A stretch of DNA of 64,000 bases from Bacteroidota bacterium (GCA_050257045.1 JBLMWD010000118.1:34356-98355); one strand, 5' to 3'. Shown: positions 19,817 to 29,475, numbered from the stretch's first letter. Translations and numbers: made by a program. The notes: generated by a model not told the origin, from the letters alone.

Positions 19817-20117
19817 AAAAGGCTCCTTGATGGTCCGTCCCTCACGGCTGGGGACGACACGTCTCACTTGCCCTCATTGCCGCCCTGGTGTGCTCCGGGA
19901 TTTCCCGGCGCCGCCGCACATCGCGGCTTCTGACTATCACGAGAAGCAATCGCCGGACCACTGGAGCCCGGCCGGTGCAGACGGCGCCATGGTCGTGAGT
20001 TGCGCCGGAGAGGGGGTGATGGCATGGGTCGCCGCCTCACTCCCGCACGTCCGACCTTTGTACTCTTGGACCTGCAGGAAGGCCGGGAAAAGGGCGAGTA
20101 CCCGCGCGTCGGGTCTT

Positions 20118-20726
20118 CTACGGAGCGGCGAAAGCAACTCCCTTCACCTGCACTTCCTGCGAATCGGCAACCTTCAGGAAGAGGAACTGGGGCCGGCTGA
20201 TCTGGTAGTCGGAGAGTCCCACGGGGAATGTCGTCTGGAAGGTGATCTCGCCCGCCTTTTCCTTGGGGAGGTACGTGGCCTGGACGGTGAGCCGGATCCT
20301 CCGGCTCACCCCGTGGAGCGTGAACGTCCCCTCCACGTCGAGCGGCGTCGGCTTTCCCGGCTCGAGGGCGCCCGGAGCGTGGAGCGCGACCCCGTCGAAG
20401 ACGGCCTTGGGGTACTTGGCCGTTTCGAGGTGGTCCTCGCGCATGTGCTGGTTCCGTTTCGCGATTCCGGTGTCCAGGCTCGCGAGATCGACCTCGAAAT
20501 GGACCGCGGCGGAGTCGCCGAGACGGGCGGGATCGACCTCGATCCGCCCCTCGATCCGGTTCGTCTTGCCTTCGAACTTCTCCATCGGCGCGCGCGAGAC
20601 GAAGACGACCTTGTTGTCACCGCCCGGATGAACCACGAACGTCGCGGCCGCGCCGGCGCGCGGAGCGACGCTGATCGCGAGCGCCGCGATCAGCGCCGTC
20701 GCCTGGAGTATGGAGAGCCGTTTCAT
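20118..20726 (-). CDS. YceI family periplasmic polyisoprenoid-binding protein
   Basis: Signal peptide. KVVFVSRAPMEKFEGKTNRIEGRIEVD...TFTLHGVSRRIRLTVQA... is the YceI-like lipocalin fold. Confidence 0.85.
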   Translation of the reverse strand: MKRLSILQATALIAALAISVAPRAGAAATFVVHPGGDNKVVFVSRAPMEKFEGKTNRIEGRIEVDPARLGDSAAVHFEVDLASLDTGIAKRNQHMREDHLETAKYPKAVFDGVALHAPGALEPGKPTPLDVEGTFTLHGVSRRIRLTVQATYLPKEKAGEITFQTTFPVGLSDYQISRPQFLFLKVADSQEVQVKGVAFAAP

Positions 20727-20741
20727 ACGAGCCTCGCTTCT

Positions 20742-21839
20742 TCAGTAGAGGAGATGGAGCTGGACGACCGTCTCCGTGAAATCCCTTCCGCTCAGGGCCG
20801 GGCCGTCGTCGAACGCCGTGTGACGCACGAGCGCCTCGAACGTGGCGTACGCGCGGGGCATCACGTACACGCCCCCGCCCCAGCGCCATTTCGAGCCGGA
20901 GGCCACCTCCCGGTCGGGATCGAGAAAGTCGTACGTACCAAGGAGCTCGAGCCCCTGGCGGAGCAGGATGGAGACCTCGTGGGACGTCACGAACCCGATC
21001 GACGCCCCGGCGCCTGCGGGCCTGGTCTGGAAGTAATCCCCCTCGGCGAGCCACGTGAGCCGGCTCCAGGTCAGGTAGCCGTATCCGCCCCATGTATCGA
21101 AATCGCGCGTGAATCCGGGCTGGTGGTAGCCGGAGGCGCCGAGCGCCGCCGCCGCGGGGCCGAGCCGCTTCCGATAGAGCGCGTTCACCACCCCCGCCAC
21201 CTTCGTGTCGTTGTCGAAGAGGGCGCCTCGGCTGCCGTTCACGACGCCGGCCGTCACGTCCAGCGGCCCCTTCGAGAATCCGGCCTCGAGCCCCACATCG
21301 CTGAAGCCGGGCGGCATGAATCCGAGCTCCGCGCGGACGTACATCGTGTGGTCGTCGAACCGCCACCCGTAGGAGGGCACGAATCGGCCGGCCTTCACGT
21401 AGAGGACCGGGAGGAGGTAGTCGAGTCCGAACATCTCGTAGTTCCCCGTCTCGCCGCGGTCGTAGTAGAGGGCCACGGTCGAGTCGAGCTGGAACGCGAG
21501 ATCGAGGTCGGCCTGCATCTGGAAGAAGTTCAGATGATCCGCCGCCAGGTTCGAGCCGATGTAGGTCTCGCGAAAGTCGGCCCCCACCTGGATCCTCCGC
21601 GCGAGCCCCGTGTCGAGATCGCTCAGGGGCGGGAGCTTCCCGCGCCGCCACGCGATCTCGTCGGGAATGAGCTTCTGGGTCGCGTACGACGTCCGCATCC
21701 CGTCGCCCGAGGGGTTCACGTGACAGAGCGCGCACGTCTGCTGGTAGCGGGCGGCATAGCGCGGCAGCGCCTGCGCGCCGCGCGGTGCCAGGCCGCAGAG
21801 CGAGAGGAGCGCGATGGTGACGGCGGTCGCCCGGTTCAT
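20742..21839 (-). CDS. Outer-membrane beta-barrel protein with N-terminal CxxCH monoheme motif (Cyc2-like fused cytochrome-porin)
   Basis: Signal peptide MNRATAVTIALLSLCGLAPRGAQA, then YQQTCALCHVNPSGDGM right after cleavage. About 300 aa of alternating amphipathic beta-strands end in an aromatic residue (…VVQLHLLY). Confidence 0.6.
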   Translation of the reverse strand: MNRATAVTIALLSLCGLAPRGAQALPRYAARYQQTCALCHVNPSGDGMRTSYATQKLIPDEIAWRRGKLPPLSDLDTGLARRIQVGADFRETYIGSNLAADHLNFFQMQADLDLAFQLDSTVALYYDRGETGNYEMFGLDYLLPVLYVKAGRFVPSYGWRFDDHTMYVRAELGFMPPGFSDVGLEAGFSKGPLDVTAGVVNGSRGALFDNDTKVAGVVNALYRKRLGPAAAALGASGYHQPGFTRDFDTWGGYGYLTWSRLTWLAEGDYFQTRPAGAGASIGFVTSHEVSILLRQGLELLGTYDFLDPDREVASGSKWRWGGGVYVMPRAYATFEALVRHTAFDDGPALSGRDFTETVVQLHLLY

Positions 21840-21840
21840 C

Positions 21841-22815
21841 TCAGTTGTTCCTCGCGCCTTCGAGGATCCACTCGCGGATCGTCGCGATATCGGCCGACGG
21901 GAGCATCGGACCCCCCTCGGGCATGAGCTGTCCGTACTGCCCGGAGTTGGTGATCTTCCCGTAGAGGACGGAATTCGTGAGGTTGAACGGGATGACGGCC
22001 GGGCCGGGCGGATAGCCGCTCGGCTGCGTCAGGAGCACCGAGTAGCCCTCGGGATTGCCGAACACGTGGCATGCGGCGCAATGCAACTGGAAGATCGGCT
22101 GCACGTCGTTCACGAACGAGACCGACGTCGCGAAGCCCGCGACGGAGAAGTCGGAGAGCCCGGGGCCGAGCGAGACGCCGCACGCGTGGGCGAGGCCGGT
22201 CGTCGGCGCGAACTGCACCGTGACCGTGATCGAGCCCCCGGGCGGAATCATGGCCGGGCCGCCGCCCGAGAGGATCGTGAATTCTCCGCACGCCGCGACG
22301 ACGTTCGCGGCGAGCGGCTCGGTCCCCACGCTGAAGATCTGGAACGTGCGGGTCGCGGTATCGCCGGCCGCGAGCACGCCGAAATCGAGTGAGTCGGGCA
22401 CCGTGATGCCGCGGGCTCCCGTCGCCTGGAACGCCCCCGCCCCGAGCATCGGAACCCGCGGACAGTGCGGCCCGAGGTCGAGCTCGCAGGGGAAGGAACC
22501 GACGGCGCCGGGCCGGAAGCGCACTTGCACGACGACCGAACCCCCCGGCGGGATCGAGAAGGGGCCGCCGCCGGACGTCACCATGTACTCGGGACAGGCC
22601 ACCGTGGCGGCGCCCGTGAGGGGCGCCGTTCCATTGTTCGCGATCGTGAGGGAGCGCGTGGAGGAATCGCTCTGGGCCACCGTCCCGAAGTCGATCGTGG
22701 CCGCGGAGAGGGCCGCCTCGGGCTCGAGCCGGAGCGGTCTTCCCATGTCCGAGCATCCCGCCAAGGGAAGTGCCAGCAAGACGATGCGCAGGGCCGGCAG
22801 CGGTCGTGGTCTCAT
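21841..22815 (-). CDS. Lipoprotein with two Ig-like beta-sandwich domains and a C-terminal class I c-type cytochrome domain
   Basis: Lipobox LLALPLAGCS. Two repeated domains (IDFGTVAQSDSSTRSLTIANNGTAPL... / LDFGVLAAGDTATRTFQIFSVGTEPL...). C-terminus QPIFQLHCAACHVFGNPEGY...GQLMPEGGPMLPSADIATIREWI has CxxCH plus a Met ligand. Confidence 0.75.
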   Translation of the reverse strand: MRPRPLPALRIVLLALPLAGCSDMGRPLRLEPEAALSAATIDFGTVAQSDSSTRSLTIANNGTAPLTGAATVACPEYMVTSGGGPFSIPPGGSVVVQVRFRPGAVGSFPCELDLGPHCPRVPMLGAGAFQATGARGITVPDSLDFGVLAAGDTATRTFQIFSVGTEPLAANVVAACGEFTILSGGGPAMIPPGGSITVTVQFAPTTGLAHACGVSLGPGLSDFSVAGFATSVSFVNDVQPIFQLHCAACHVFGNPEGYSVLLTQPSGYPPGPAVIPFNLTNSVLYGKITNSGQYGQLMPEGGPMLPSADIATIREWILEGARNN

Positions 22816-22992
22816 TGTGCCCCCAGTACGGCCGAGGCGGATCCTCCGTGACTGGGGGAGGTTACGGAAAACGGCCTGGGGCCGCCGGGCGCGGCAGAAA
22901 GGGGGTTCCCGTGACCGGGGGCGGGCATCTAAGCTGTACACGCTTTAACTAGTGTTCTCCGTCGTCCACCACCCGAGTAGCGCAGGTCACCC

Positions 22993-23502
22993 ATGCAGCG
23001 AATCCCACTCGCTACACGACTGTTCCTGCTCTGTGCTCTGCTGAGCGCGGGGTGTGCCGTCTCCCATCCGATGACCCGTGTCGACGTCATCTCTCCGGTG
23101 ACCATGGCATCGGTCCCCGAGCCCGCTCCGGCTTCCGATATCCCGAGCATCGCCCCGCCCCTGAGCATTCCTCCGACCGTGGAACGTGAACCGCGCACGG
23201 TGCTCCGGCGTCACCGGGGCCAGGTCGGGGATGCCTCGTTCTACGACGCCTCCTTCAACGGCAGGACGACCGCGAGCGGCGACACGTACGATGAGCGGAA
23301 GCTGACCGCCGCCCATCCGACCCTCGCCCTCGGGACGCGCGTGCGCGTCACGAACCTCGAGAACGAGAAGAGCGTGGTCGTCGTCGTGAACGATCGGGGT
23401 CCCTACGTGACGGGGCGCATCATCGACCTCTCCCGGCGGGCCGCCCGCCTGCTCGGGTTCGTCGACGACGGCACCACGCGGGTTCGCGTCCAGCCGCTAT
23501 AA
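22993..23502 (+). CDS. rlpA: Septal ring lytic transglycosylase RlpA family lipoprotein (DPBB domain)
   Basis: Lipobox LLSAGCA. GDASFYDASFNGRTTASGDTYDERKLTAAHPTLALGTRVRVTNLENEKSVVVVVNDRGPYVTGRIIDLSRRAARLLGF matches the RlpA double-psi beta-barrel. Confidence 0.85.
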   Translation: MQRIPLATRLFLLCALLSAGCAVSHPMTRVDVISPVTMASVPEPAPASDIPSIAPPLSIPPTVEREPRTVLRRHRGQVGDASFYDASFNGRTTASGDTYDERKLTAAHPTLALGTRVRVTNLENEKSVVVVVNDRGPYVTGRIIDLSRRAARLLGFVDDGTTRVRVQPL

Positions 23503-23509
23503 TCGAGGC

Positions 23510-24739
23510 ATGGCTCCGCGGCGGCTCGTTCCGGGCAGGGATGCGTCCATTCGGATTCCAGCCGGGGCGTTCTCCGCCCTGGCGCTGGCCGCGCTCGCCA
23601 TCGCACCGGCCGCCCTCCCCGCCCCGTCGCATGCCCTCACGCTGCACGTCGGGCGCGGCAAGTCCTACGCGACCGTCCGCGCCGCGGCCGAAGCCGCGCT
23701 CCCCGGCGACATCGTCCTGATCGACGCCGGCACCTACAGCGGCGACGTGGCCACCTGGAAAGCCGACAACGTGACCGTTCGCGCGGTCGGCGGACGCGCC
23801 CACCTGAGCGCCGACGGCGCCCAGGAAGGGGGCAAGGCGATCTGGGTCGTGCAGGGGCGGAACTTCACGGCCGAGGGGATCGAGTTCTCGGGAGCCAAGG
23901 TCCCCGACCAGAACGGCGCCGGCATCCGCTCCGAGACGAGCGGCACGCTGATCCTCCGCGACTGCTACTTCCACGACAACGAGGAGGGGATCCTCGGCGG
24001 CGCCGACTCGATGGTGATCGAGAACAGCGTCTTCGACCGGAACGGCTCCGGCGACGGCCGCACCCACAACATCTACGCCTCGGGCCGCTCCTTCACCCTC
24101 CGCGGCTGCACGACGCGCCGCGCGGTCGTGGGGCACAACGTGAAGACCCGCGCCAAGAACAACTACATCCTCTTCAATCGGATCCTCGACGAGGCGAGCG
24201 GCACGACGAGCTACGAGGTGAACGTCCCCGACGGCGGCCGCACCTACCTCATCGGGAACGTGATCGAGCAGGGGCCCAAGTCCGAGAACGCCACGATCAT
24301 CTCCTACGGCGAGGAGAGCGGCACCAACGTGCAGGACCTCTACGTCGTGAACAACACGATCGTGAACGACCGGCCCGGCGACGCGATCTTCATCCGCCTG
24401 CGCGAGGGGACGAAGGCGCTCATCGAGAACAACATCTTCTACGGAACGGGCACGACCTGGCAGGGCGGGACGGTGGTCGCCGATCACAACTACGTCGACC
24501 CCTCGGGACAGAACGGACCCCGCTTCGCCGACCCGAGGACCTTCGACTACCACCTCACGGCGGCCTCGCCCCCCGAGGTGGTCGACGCGGGCGCCGATCC
24601 GGGGCGCTCGATCACGGGCTTCGACCTGACGCCGCGGAGCGAGTGCGGCGAGGACGCGCGGGCCCGAGCGCGCCCGGTCTCAGGCGCGCTCGACATCGGC
24701 GCGTTCGAGCGCGACCAGGCGAAGGCCTCCGGACCCTAG
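23510..24739 (+). CDS. Secreted right-handed parallel beta-helix repeat protein (pectate-lyase-like fold)
   Basis: Signal peptide. Repeated NxxxxNN / beta-helix rungs (IENSVFDRNGSGDGRTHNIY, GNVIEQG, VVNNTIVND, IENNIFYG). Confidence 0.75.
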   Translation: MAPRRLVPGRDASIRIPAGAFSALALAALAIAPAALPAPSHALTLHVGRGKSYATVRAAAEAALPGDIVLIDAGTYSGDVATWKADNVTVRAVGGRAHLSADGAQEGGKAIWVVQGRNFTAEGIEFSGAKVPDQNGAGIRSETSGTLILRDCYFHDNEEGILGGADSMVIENSVFDRNGSGDGRTHNIYASGRSFTLRGCTTRRAVVGHNVKTRAKNNYILFNRILDEASGTTSYEVNVPDGGRTYLIGNVIEQGPKSENATIISYGEESGTNVQDLYVVNNTIVNDRPGDAIFIRLREGTKALIENNIFYGTGTTWQGGTVVADHNYVDPSGQNGPRFADPRTFDYHLTAASPPEVVDAGADPGRSITGFDLTPRSECGEDARARARPVSGALDIGAFERDQAKASGP

Positions 24740-24805
24740 GCGATTTCAGATCGGGGCGGCCGGGGTCCCGGCGCTATCCCGGATGCCCCGGATGCCCGGC
24801 GGCCG

Positions 24806-25281
24806 CTATCCCCAGATGCCCAGCGCGCGCCGCAGCAGGATCAGCTGGCCGATGTGGTAGGCGTTGTGGTCTGCGACGAGCAGGAGCTCGCGCAGGTAGG
24901 TCTGGCCGTTCCCGTTGGGGACGCGGGCGAGGAGATCGATCGAGTCGTCGCACGCGAGCTTCACGAGCGCGGCGCGATCCTTCCGGAACGCGGCGATGCT
25001 CTCCTTCCAGGCGTCGCCGGAGCCCGGTCCCGGTGTCGCGGGCCAATAGCCCTCGGGCCACTTCTTTTCCTCGTAGTGCGGTGCGACGCAGAAGTCGAGG
25101 ATGTCGCGCTGCGCGAGCCGGAGGTGCTCGAGGATCTGCCACGGCGTGTGCGGCATGCCGCGCGGGGCGGAGCCCCGGTGGCGCGGGTCGATCCCCTCCA
25201 CGGCGGCGTCGAAGCCGGCGTGGGCGTCCTCCCAGTCGAGGAGCTTCGCGACCTGGTCGCGAAGCGCGGCATCGGAGCTCA
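24806..25281 (-). CDS. DinB/YfiT-like (DinB_2) four-helix-bundle metalloenzyme family protein
   Basis: MSSDAALRDQVAKLLDWEDAHAGFDAAVEGI...TPWQILEHLRLAQRDILDF...LLVADHNAYHIGQLILLRRALGIW has the conserved His triad pattern of DinB_2. Confidence 0.7.
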
Positions 25282-25291
25282 TGGCCGGATC

Positions 25292-26206
25292 ATGGTACCA
25301 TGCGCCCCGCGAAAACGGCGCGAGGCGGCAGGGCGCACCGTTCGCGCGGCTCCATGGTGCCCGGAGGAACGCGTGGCCGCTCCATCGAAGGGAGAGGACG
25401 AGATCCAGGATCCGCTGCTCGCCTATCGCGACCAGCAGTTCCTGGACAGCGCGGCGGCGCGGCCGGTGCGGATCCTCGCCGAGTACCTGGCCCCTCTGGA
25501 CGCCTTCCGGCGCGAGCAGGTCCACGACACGATCGTGTTCTTCGGATCGGCGCGGATCCGTCCCGACGGCGCGATGGGCCGCTACTACGACGAAGCGCGC
25601 ACGCTCGCGCGCCTCATCACCGAGTGGTCGCGGAGCCTCGGGTCGCCCGGCCACCGCTACATCGTCTGCTCCGGCGGCGGCCCCGGGATCATGGAGGCCG
25701 CGAACCGCGGCGCGCTGGAGGCCGGCGGGCGCACCATCGGCCTCAACATCGGGCTCCCGCACGAGCAGCGGCCCAATCCCTACATCACCCCCGAGCTCTC
25801 GTTCGAATTCCACTACTTCTTCATGCGGAAGCTCTGGTTCGCCCACATGGCCAAGGCCATGGTGGTCTTCCCGGGCGGCTTTGGAACGCTCGACGAGACG
25901 TTCGAGATGCTCACGCTTTCCCAGACCCGCAAGCTCGACCGCTCCCTGCCTGTGCTGATGTATGGCTCGAGCTACTGGAACGAGCTGATCCGCTTCGAGG
26001 CGCTGGAACGCCACGGGATGATCGACCCGCGTGACCTCCGGCTCTTCTGCTTCGTCGACTCGCCCGCGGAGGCCCTCGAGACGCTCCAGCGCCGCCTCGG
26101 CGGCCAGAAGAAGCCGCCCGCTCCCGCCTTCGCCAACTCGACCACGCCCGAGCGTCCGGAGATGGCGCGCGGCCCGCGCGTGGAGGCGCGGGACGAGAAT
26201 CCGTGA
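25292..26206 (+). CDS. LOG family protein (TIGR00730; cytokinin riboside 5'-monophosphate phosphoribohydrolase-like Rossmann protein)
   Basis: IVFFGSARIRPD...YIVCSGGGPGIMEAANRGALEAGG...MVVFPGGFGTLDETFEMLTL are the LOG signature motifs (GGGxGxMxA, PGGxGTxxE). Confidence 0.8.
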   Translation: MVPCAPRKRREAAGRTVRAAPWCPEERVAAPSKGEDEIQDPLLAYRDQQFLDSAAARPVRILAEYLAPLDAFRREQVHDTIVFFGSARIRPDGAMGRYYDEARTLARLITEWSRSLGSPGHRYIVCSGGGPGIMEAANRGALEAGGRTIGLNIGLPHEQRPNPYITPELSFEFHYFFMRKLWFAHMAKAMVVFPGGFGTLDETFEMLTLSQTRKLDRSLPVLMYGSSYWNELIRFEALERHGMIDPRDLRLFCFVDSPAEALETLQRRLGGQKKPPAPAFANSTTPERPEMARGPRVEARDENP

Positions 26207-26255
26207 TGCGCGCGGGCGCGACTCCCCCCACGACCCCAACCCGGAGGAGACCGTG

Positions 26256-26726
26256 ATGTCACGATCCCGACGTTTCGTTCCCGTCGTCCTGCTCGCCGCC
26301 TGTGCCCTGCTCCCCACGGCTTCGCCACGGGTCGCTCATGCCGAGACCACCGGCGGGATCCGCATGGGATTCAGCTCGACCCCGGATCAGTTCGTGTTCG
26401 GCGGCCAGCTCAATTTGAATCCGGTCGGCAAGCAGGTCTACATCGTCCCGAGCGGCGAGCTCGGCGTCGGCGATCACGTCACGACCCTCTGCTTCAACGG
26501 GGACGTGCAGTACCGGTTCGAGACGCGCAGCGAGGTGCGTCCCTATGCCGGCGGCGGCGTCTCGCTGTTCGACGTGACCGACAGCGGCGACACGAACTTC
26601 GGAGTCAGCGCGCTCGGCGGGATCTTCTTCGGGCGCATGAACGGCAAGCCGATGTTCGCGGAGGCGAAGCTCGGGCTCTCGGACGAGGTTCCGGACTGGA
26701 AGTTCATCTTCGGGATCAACTTCTAG
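26256..26726 (+). CDS. Small outer-membrane beta-barrel protein (OmpW/OmpA-barrel-like)
   Basis: GGAGGA RBS 8 nt upstream of ATG. Signal peptide MSRSRRFVPVVLLAACALLPTASPRVAHA. Alternating beta-strands. Terminal ...FIFGINF with C-terminal Phe. Confidence 0.65.
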   Translation: MSRSRRFVPVVLLAACALLPTASPRVAHAETTGGIRMGFSSTPDQFVFGGQLNLNPVGKQVYIVPSGELGVGDHVTTLCFNGDVQYRFETRSEVRPYAGGGVSLFDVTDSGDTNFGVSALGGIFFGRMNGKPMFAEAKLGLSDEVPDWKFIFGINF

Positions 26727-26756
26727 GACCGCGGCGGGCGCCGCGGTCCGCGCGGT

Positions 26757-29399
26757 TCAGTGCCCGCGCGGAAGCCAGTTCACGTAGACGGTCGTGACCG
26801 GCGCGTCGACCAGGTCGACATCGCGGCGAACCAGGAACCGCTGCCCGTCTGCCGACACCGCGTAATAGTGACCCGCAGGGTCGATGTTGTCGATCGACTG
26901 GCGGAAGAGCGCGTGCGGCGTCCCGAGCGTCATCGTGGGAGTCGCGCTCACGTCCACCGCCATGAGATCGCCGCTCGGTGCGAGGTAATAGAGCTCCCGC
27001 TCATCCCGGCGCCAGTGCGCGTCGCGGCCGCCCTGGCTCGAGACCTGGAGCTTCCCTCCGGAGCCGTCGATCGACTGGAGATAGATCTCGGAGCGCCCCG
27101 ATTCGGTGGAGGAGTAGGCGATCCACCGGTCGTCCGGGGAGATCGAGGGCTCCACGTCCCCCGCCGGGCCCGCGATGAGCGGATAGGGTTTCCGGGAGCC
27201 GTCGAGCGGGAAGACCCAGATGTCCCAGAGGGTCTTGGGCTCGCGGACGACTCCGACGAGGAATCGCCCGTCGTGGGACCAGTCGGTCGCGATGGCGCGC
27301 TCCGGGAGGTTGAAGAGAAGCGAGTCCGTTCCGGCACCCGACGAGCGCTTCAGGTAGATCCCCGAGGGTGGAATCCGGTCCGACGTGTAGACGATCCGCG
27401 ACCCGTCGGTGGACCAGAGCGGAGCGTAGTCGGACGCGGGATCGAAGGTCAGGCGCGTGCTCACGTTTCGGACGGCATCGACGATCCAGATGTCCACGTT
27501 GTCGCCGCCGAAGGTCGCCCCCACCCGCCGGCCGTCGGGCGCGAGGCTCAGGTTGAAGTACTCGCCGGGGTTGCCCGTGGCGCTGACCTCCTTTCCGGTG
27601 CGATCGACCCAGACCAGGTGCATCCGCCGTCCGGCGGCGCCGCCTCGGAAGACGAGCGTCGAGGGGGACGACGAGAAGTCGGCGTTGGAGCCGACGCCGC
27701 CGCCCACGGCGACGTCGTCCACGACGGGAAACGGGTCGCCCGTCAGGCGCAGGGAGCGCGCATCGAACGGCTGCGCGAGGAGCGACCGGTCGCGCGCGAA
27801 GAGGATGTAGCCGGGCTCCACGTATTCGATCCGTGAGTACGTCCCTCGGGCGAGCACCACGACCTTGGACGACCGGATGTCGCCCACCTTCAGAATGGTC
27901 TGATCGGCCCGGTTCGTGAGACCGAGGAACAGGAAGTGCCGCCCGTCGGGAAGAAAGTGAGGCCAGGCACTTCCGGTCTCACCATGGGCGTGGTCGAGCG
28001 TGGTCACGGGGCGCGGGTCGCCGCCTCCGGCGCTCACCATGCGAATGGAATCGGTCGGGCTCCCGTCGAAGAGGATGGCGTCGTCGCGGCTCCAGGTGCC
28101 GTCTCCCGCACTCTGCGATTCGCAGATCGTCTGGGGCGGGCCGCCCTGGACCGCGATCTTCTTGAGCTTCCCTTCCTGCATGAATCCGAGATAGCGGCTG
28201 TCCGGGGACCAGAACGGCCGCCGGGCACCCTCCGTCCCGGGGAGCGGCTGCGCATCCAGCGACCCGAGCGGGCGGAGCCAGATGTTCGAGCGACCCGTCG
28301 AATCGGAGGCGTTGTAGGCGACGTACCGGCCGTCGGGCGAGACCTTGGGGGTGTCGCCAAGGAGGATGCCCCGCGGCGTGGGCGCGAAGAACCGCAGCGG
28401 GACCGGCTCCGGCGGCCGGTTCGCCATCGTGAACCCTGCCACGCCGAGCATCACCGCCACGGCGGCGCCCGCGATCGTCCAGGCGAGCCGCTCCCGGCTC
28501 TTCCGGCGCGCCGAGACGGTCGCCGGGATGCCGGCGCGCGATCCCGCCTCAGCGACCCACTTGAGATCGAGGTGCACATCGCGCGCGGTCTGATAGCGGT
28601 CCTCGGGACTCTTTTCGAGGCACCGCATCACGACGCGCTCGAGCGCGGGCGGGATGACGGAGCGGATCGAGGAGATCGGCTGCGGCGTCTCGCGCAGGAT
28701 CGCGGCGATGAGACTCGCCTGGCTCTTTCCTTCGAACGGGCGGCGGCCGGACGCCATCTCGTAGAGCATCGCCCCGAACGAGAAGATGTCGCTCCGCGAG
28801 TCGGCTTCGGCGCCCTCGAGCTGCTCGGGCGACATGTACTGGAACGTGCCGACGATCGTCCCCTCGGCGGTGAGGGGGTGGCTCATGGTCGGCGAGGAGA
28901 GGTCGCGTGGCGCGGCGCCGAGCCCGGTCACGCGCGCGAGGCCGAAGTCGAGGAGCTTCGCGCCGCCTTTCGTGAGGACGACGTTCCCCGGCTTCAGGTC
29001 GCGGTGGACGAGCCCCTGGCGGTGCGCGCGATCGAGGGCGTCGGCGATCTGGACGCCGATCTGGAGCAGCTCGGGGAGCGGCAGGGCGCCGCGCGCGAGC
29101 CGTTCGGCCAGCGACTCCCCCTCGAGGTACTCCATGACGAGGTAGTCCATCCCGTCCTGATGGCCGACGTCGTAGAGCGTGCAGATGTTCGGATGGTTGA
29201 GGCTCGAGACGATGCGCGCCTCGCGGTCGAAGCGCTGCCGCGTCTCGGGGCTCACGGCGAGATGCCCCTGCAGCACCTTGATCGCCACGGTGCGGTCGAG
29301 CCTCGTGTCGCGCGCGCGGTAGACCTCGCCCATGCCGCCGCTGCCGGCGAGCGCCTGGATCTCGTAGGCGCCGAGTCGGGTCCCTGGCTGGAGGGTCAT
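26757..29399 (-). CDS. Hanks-type Ser/Thr protein kinase with single TM segment and C-terminal TolB-like (PD40/WD40-like) beta-propeller
   Basis: Kinase motifs GSGGMGEVYRA, VAIK, HRDLKPGNVVL, DFGLAR, SPEQ. TM helix LAWTIAGAAVAVMLGVAGF. Repeated PD40-like units (SPDGRYVAY..., SPDSRYLGF..., STDGSRIVYTSD..., SPDDRWIAYSS...). Confidence 0.85.
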   Translation of the reverse strand: MTLQPGTRLGAYEIQALAGSGGMGEVYRARDTRLDRTVAIKVLQGHLAVSPETRQRFDREARIVSSLNHPNICTLYDVGHQDGMDYLVMEYLEGESLAERLARGALPLPELLQIGVQIADALDRAHRQGLVHRDLKPGNVVLTKGGAKLLDFGLARVTGLGAAPRDLSSPTMSHPLTAEGTIVGTFQYMSPEQLEGAEADSRSDIFSFGAMLYEMASGRRPFEGKSQASLIAAILRETPQPISSIRSVIPPALERVVMRCLEKSPEDRYQTARDVHLDLKWVAEAGSRAGIPATVSARRKSRERLAWTIAGAAVAVMLGVAGFTMANRPPEPVPLRFFAPTPRGILLGDTPKVSPDGRYVAYNASDSTGRSNIWLRPLGSLDAQPLPGTEGARRPFWSPDSRYLGFMQEGKLKKIAVQGGPPQTICESQSAGDGTWSRDDAILFDGSPTDSIRMVSAGGGDPRPVTTLDHAHGETGSAWPHFLPDGRHFLFLGLTNRADQTILKVGDIRSSKVVVLARGTYSRIEYVEPGYILFARDRSLLAQPFDARSLRLTGDPFPVVDDVAVGGGVGSNADFSSSPSTLVFRGGAAGRRMHLVWVDRTGKEVSATGNPGEYFNLSLAPDGRRVGATFGGDNVDIWIVDAVRNVSTRLTFDPASDYAPLWSTDGSRIVYTSDRIPPSGIYLKRSSGAGTDSLLFNLPERAIATDWSHDGRFLVGVVREPKTLWDIWVFPLDGSRKPYPLIAGPAGDVEPSISPDDRWIAYSSTESGRSEIYLQSIDGSGGKLQVSSQGGRDAHWRRDERELYYLAPSGDLMAVDVSATPTMTLGTPHALFRQSIDNIDPAGHYYAVSADGQRFLVRRDVDLVDAPVTTVYVNWLPRGH

Positions 29400-29446
29400 A
29401 AGAGTTAAGACGGTATCACAAAAACGTCGCAAGGGCGCTATATCGC

Positions 29447-29475
29447 TTGATTTAGGGGCGTGTTCGCGGTATAAT
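29447..29475 (+). promoter_or_regulatory. Sigma70-type promoter TTGATT-N17-TATAAT upstream of the giant S8 protease gene
   Basis: cTTGATTtaggggcgtgttcgcggTATAATcc has an exact -10 consensus, a 4/6 -35, and 17-nt spacer. It lies in the 249-bp divergent intergenic region, about 170 nt upstream of ATG 29648. Confidence 0.45.

Noticed and set aside
19620-21926. 768-aa plus-strand ORF and 20617..21735 minus ORF overlapping the YceI/Cyc2-like genes
   Set aside because: Their composition is Arg/Glu/Pro-dominated with no secondary-structure periodicity. The overlapping minus-strand frame gives three well-formed proteins with signal peptides and known motifs.
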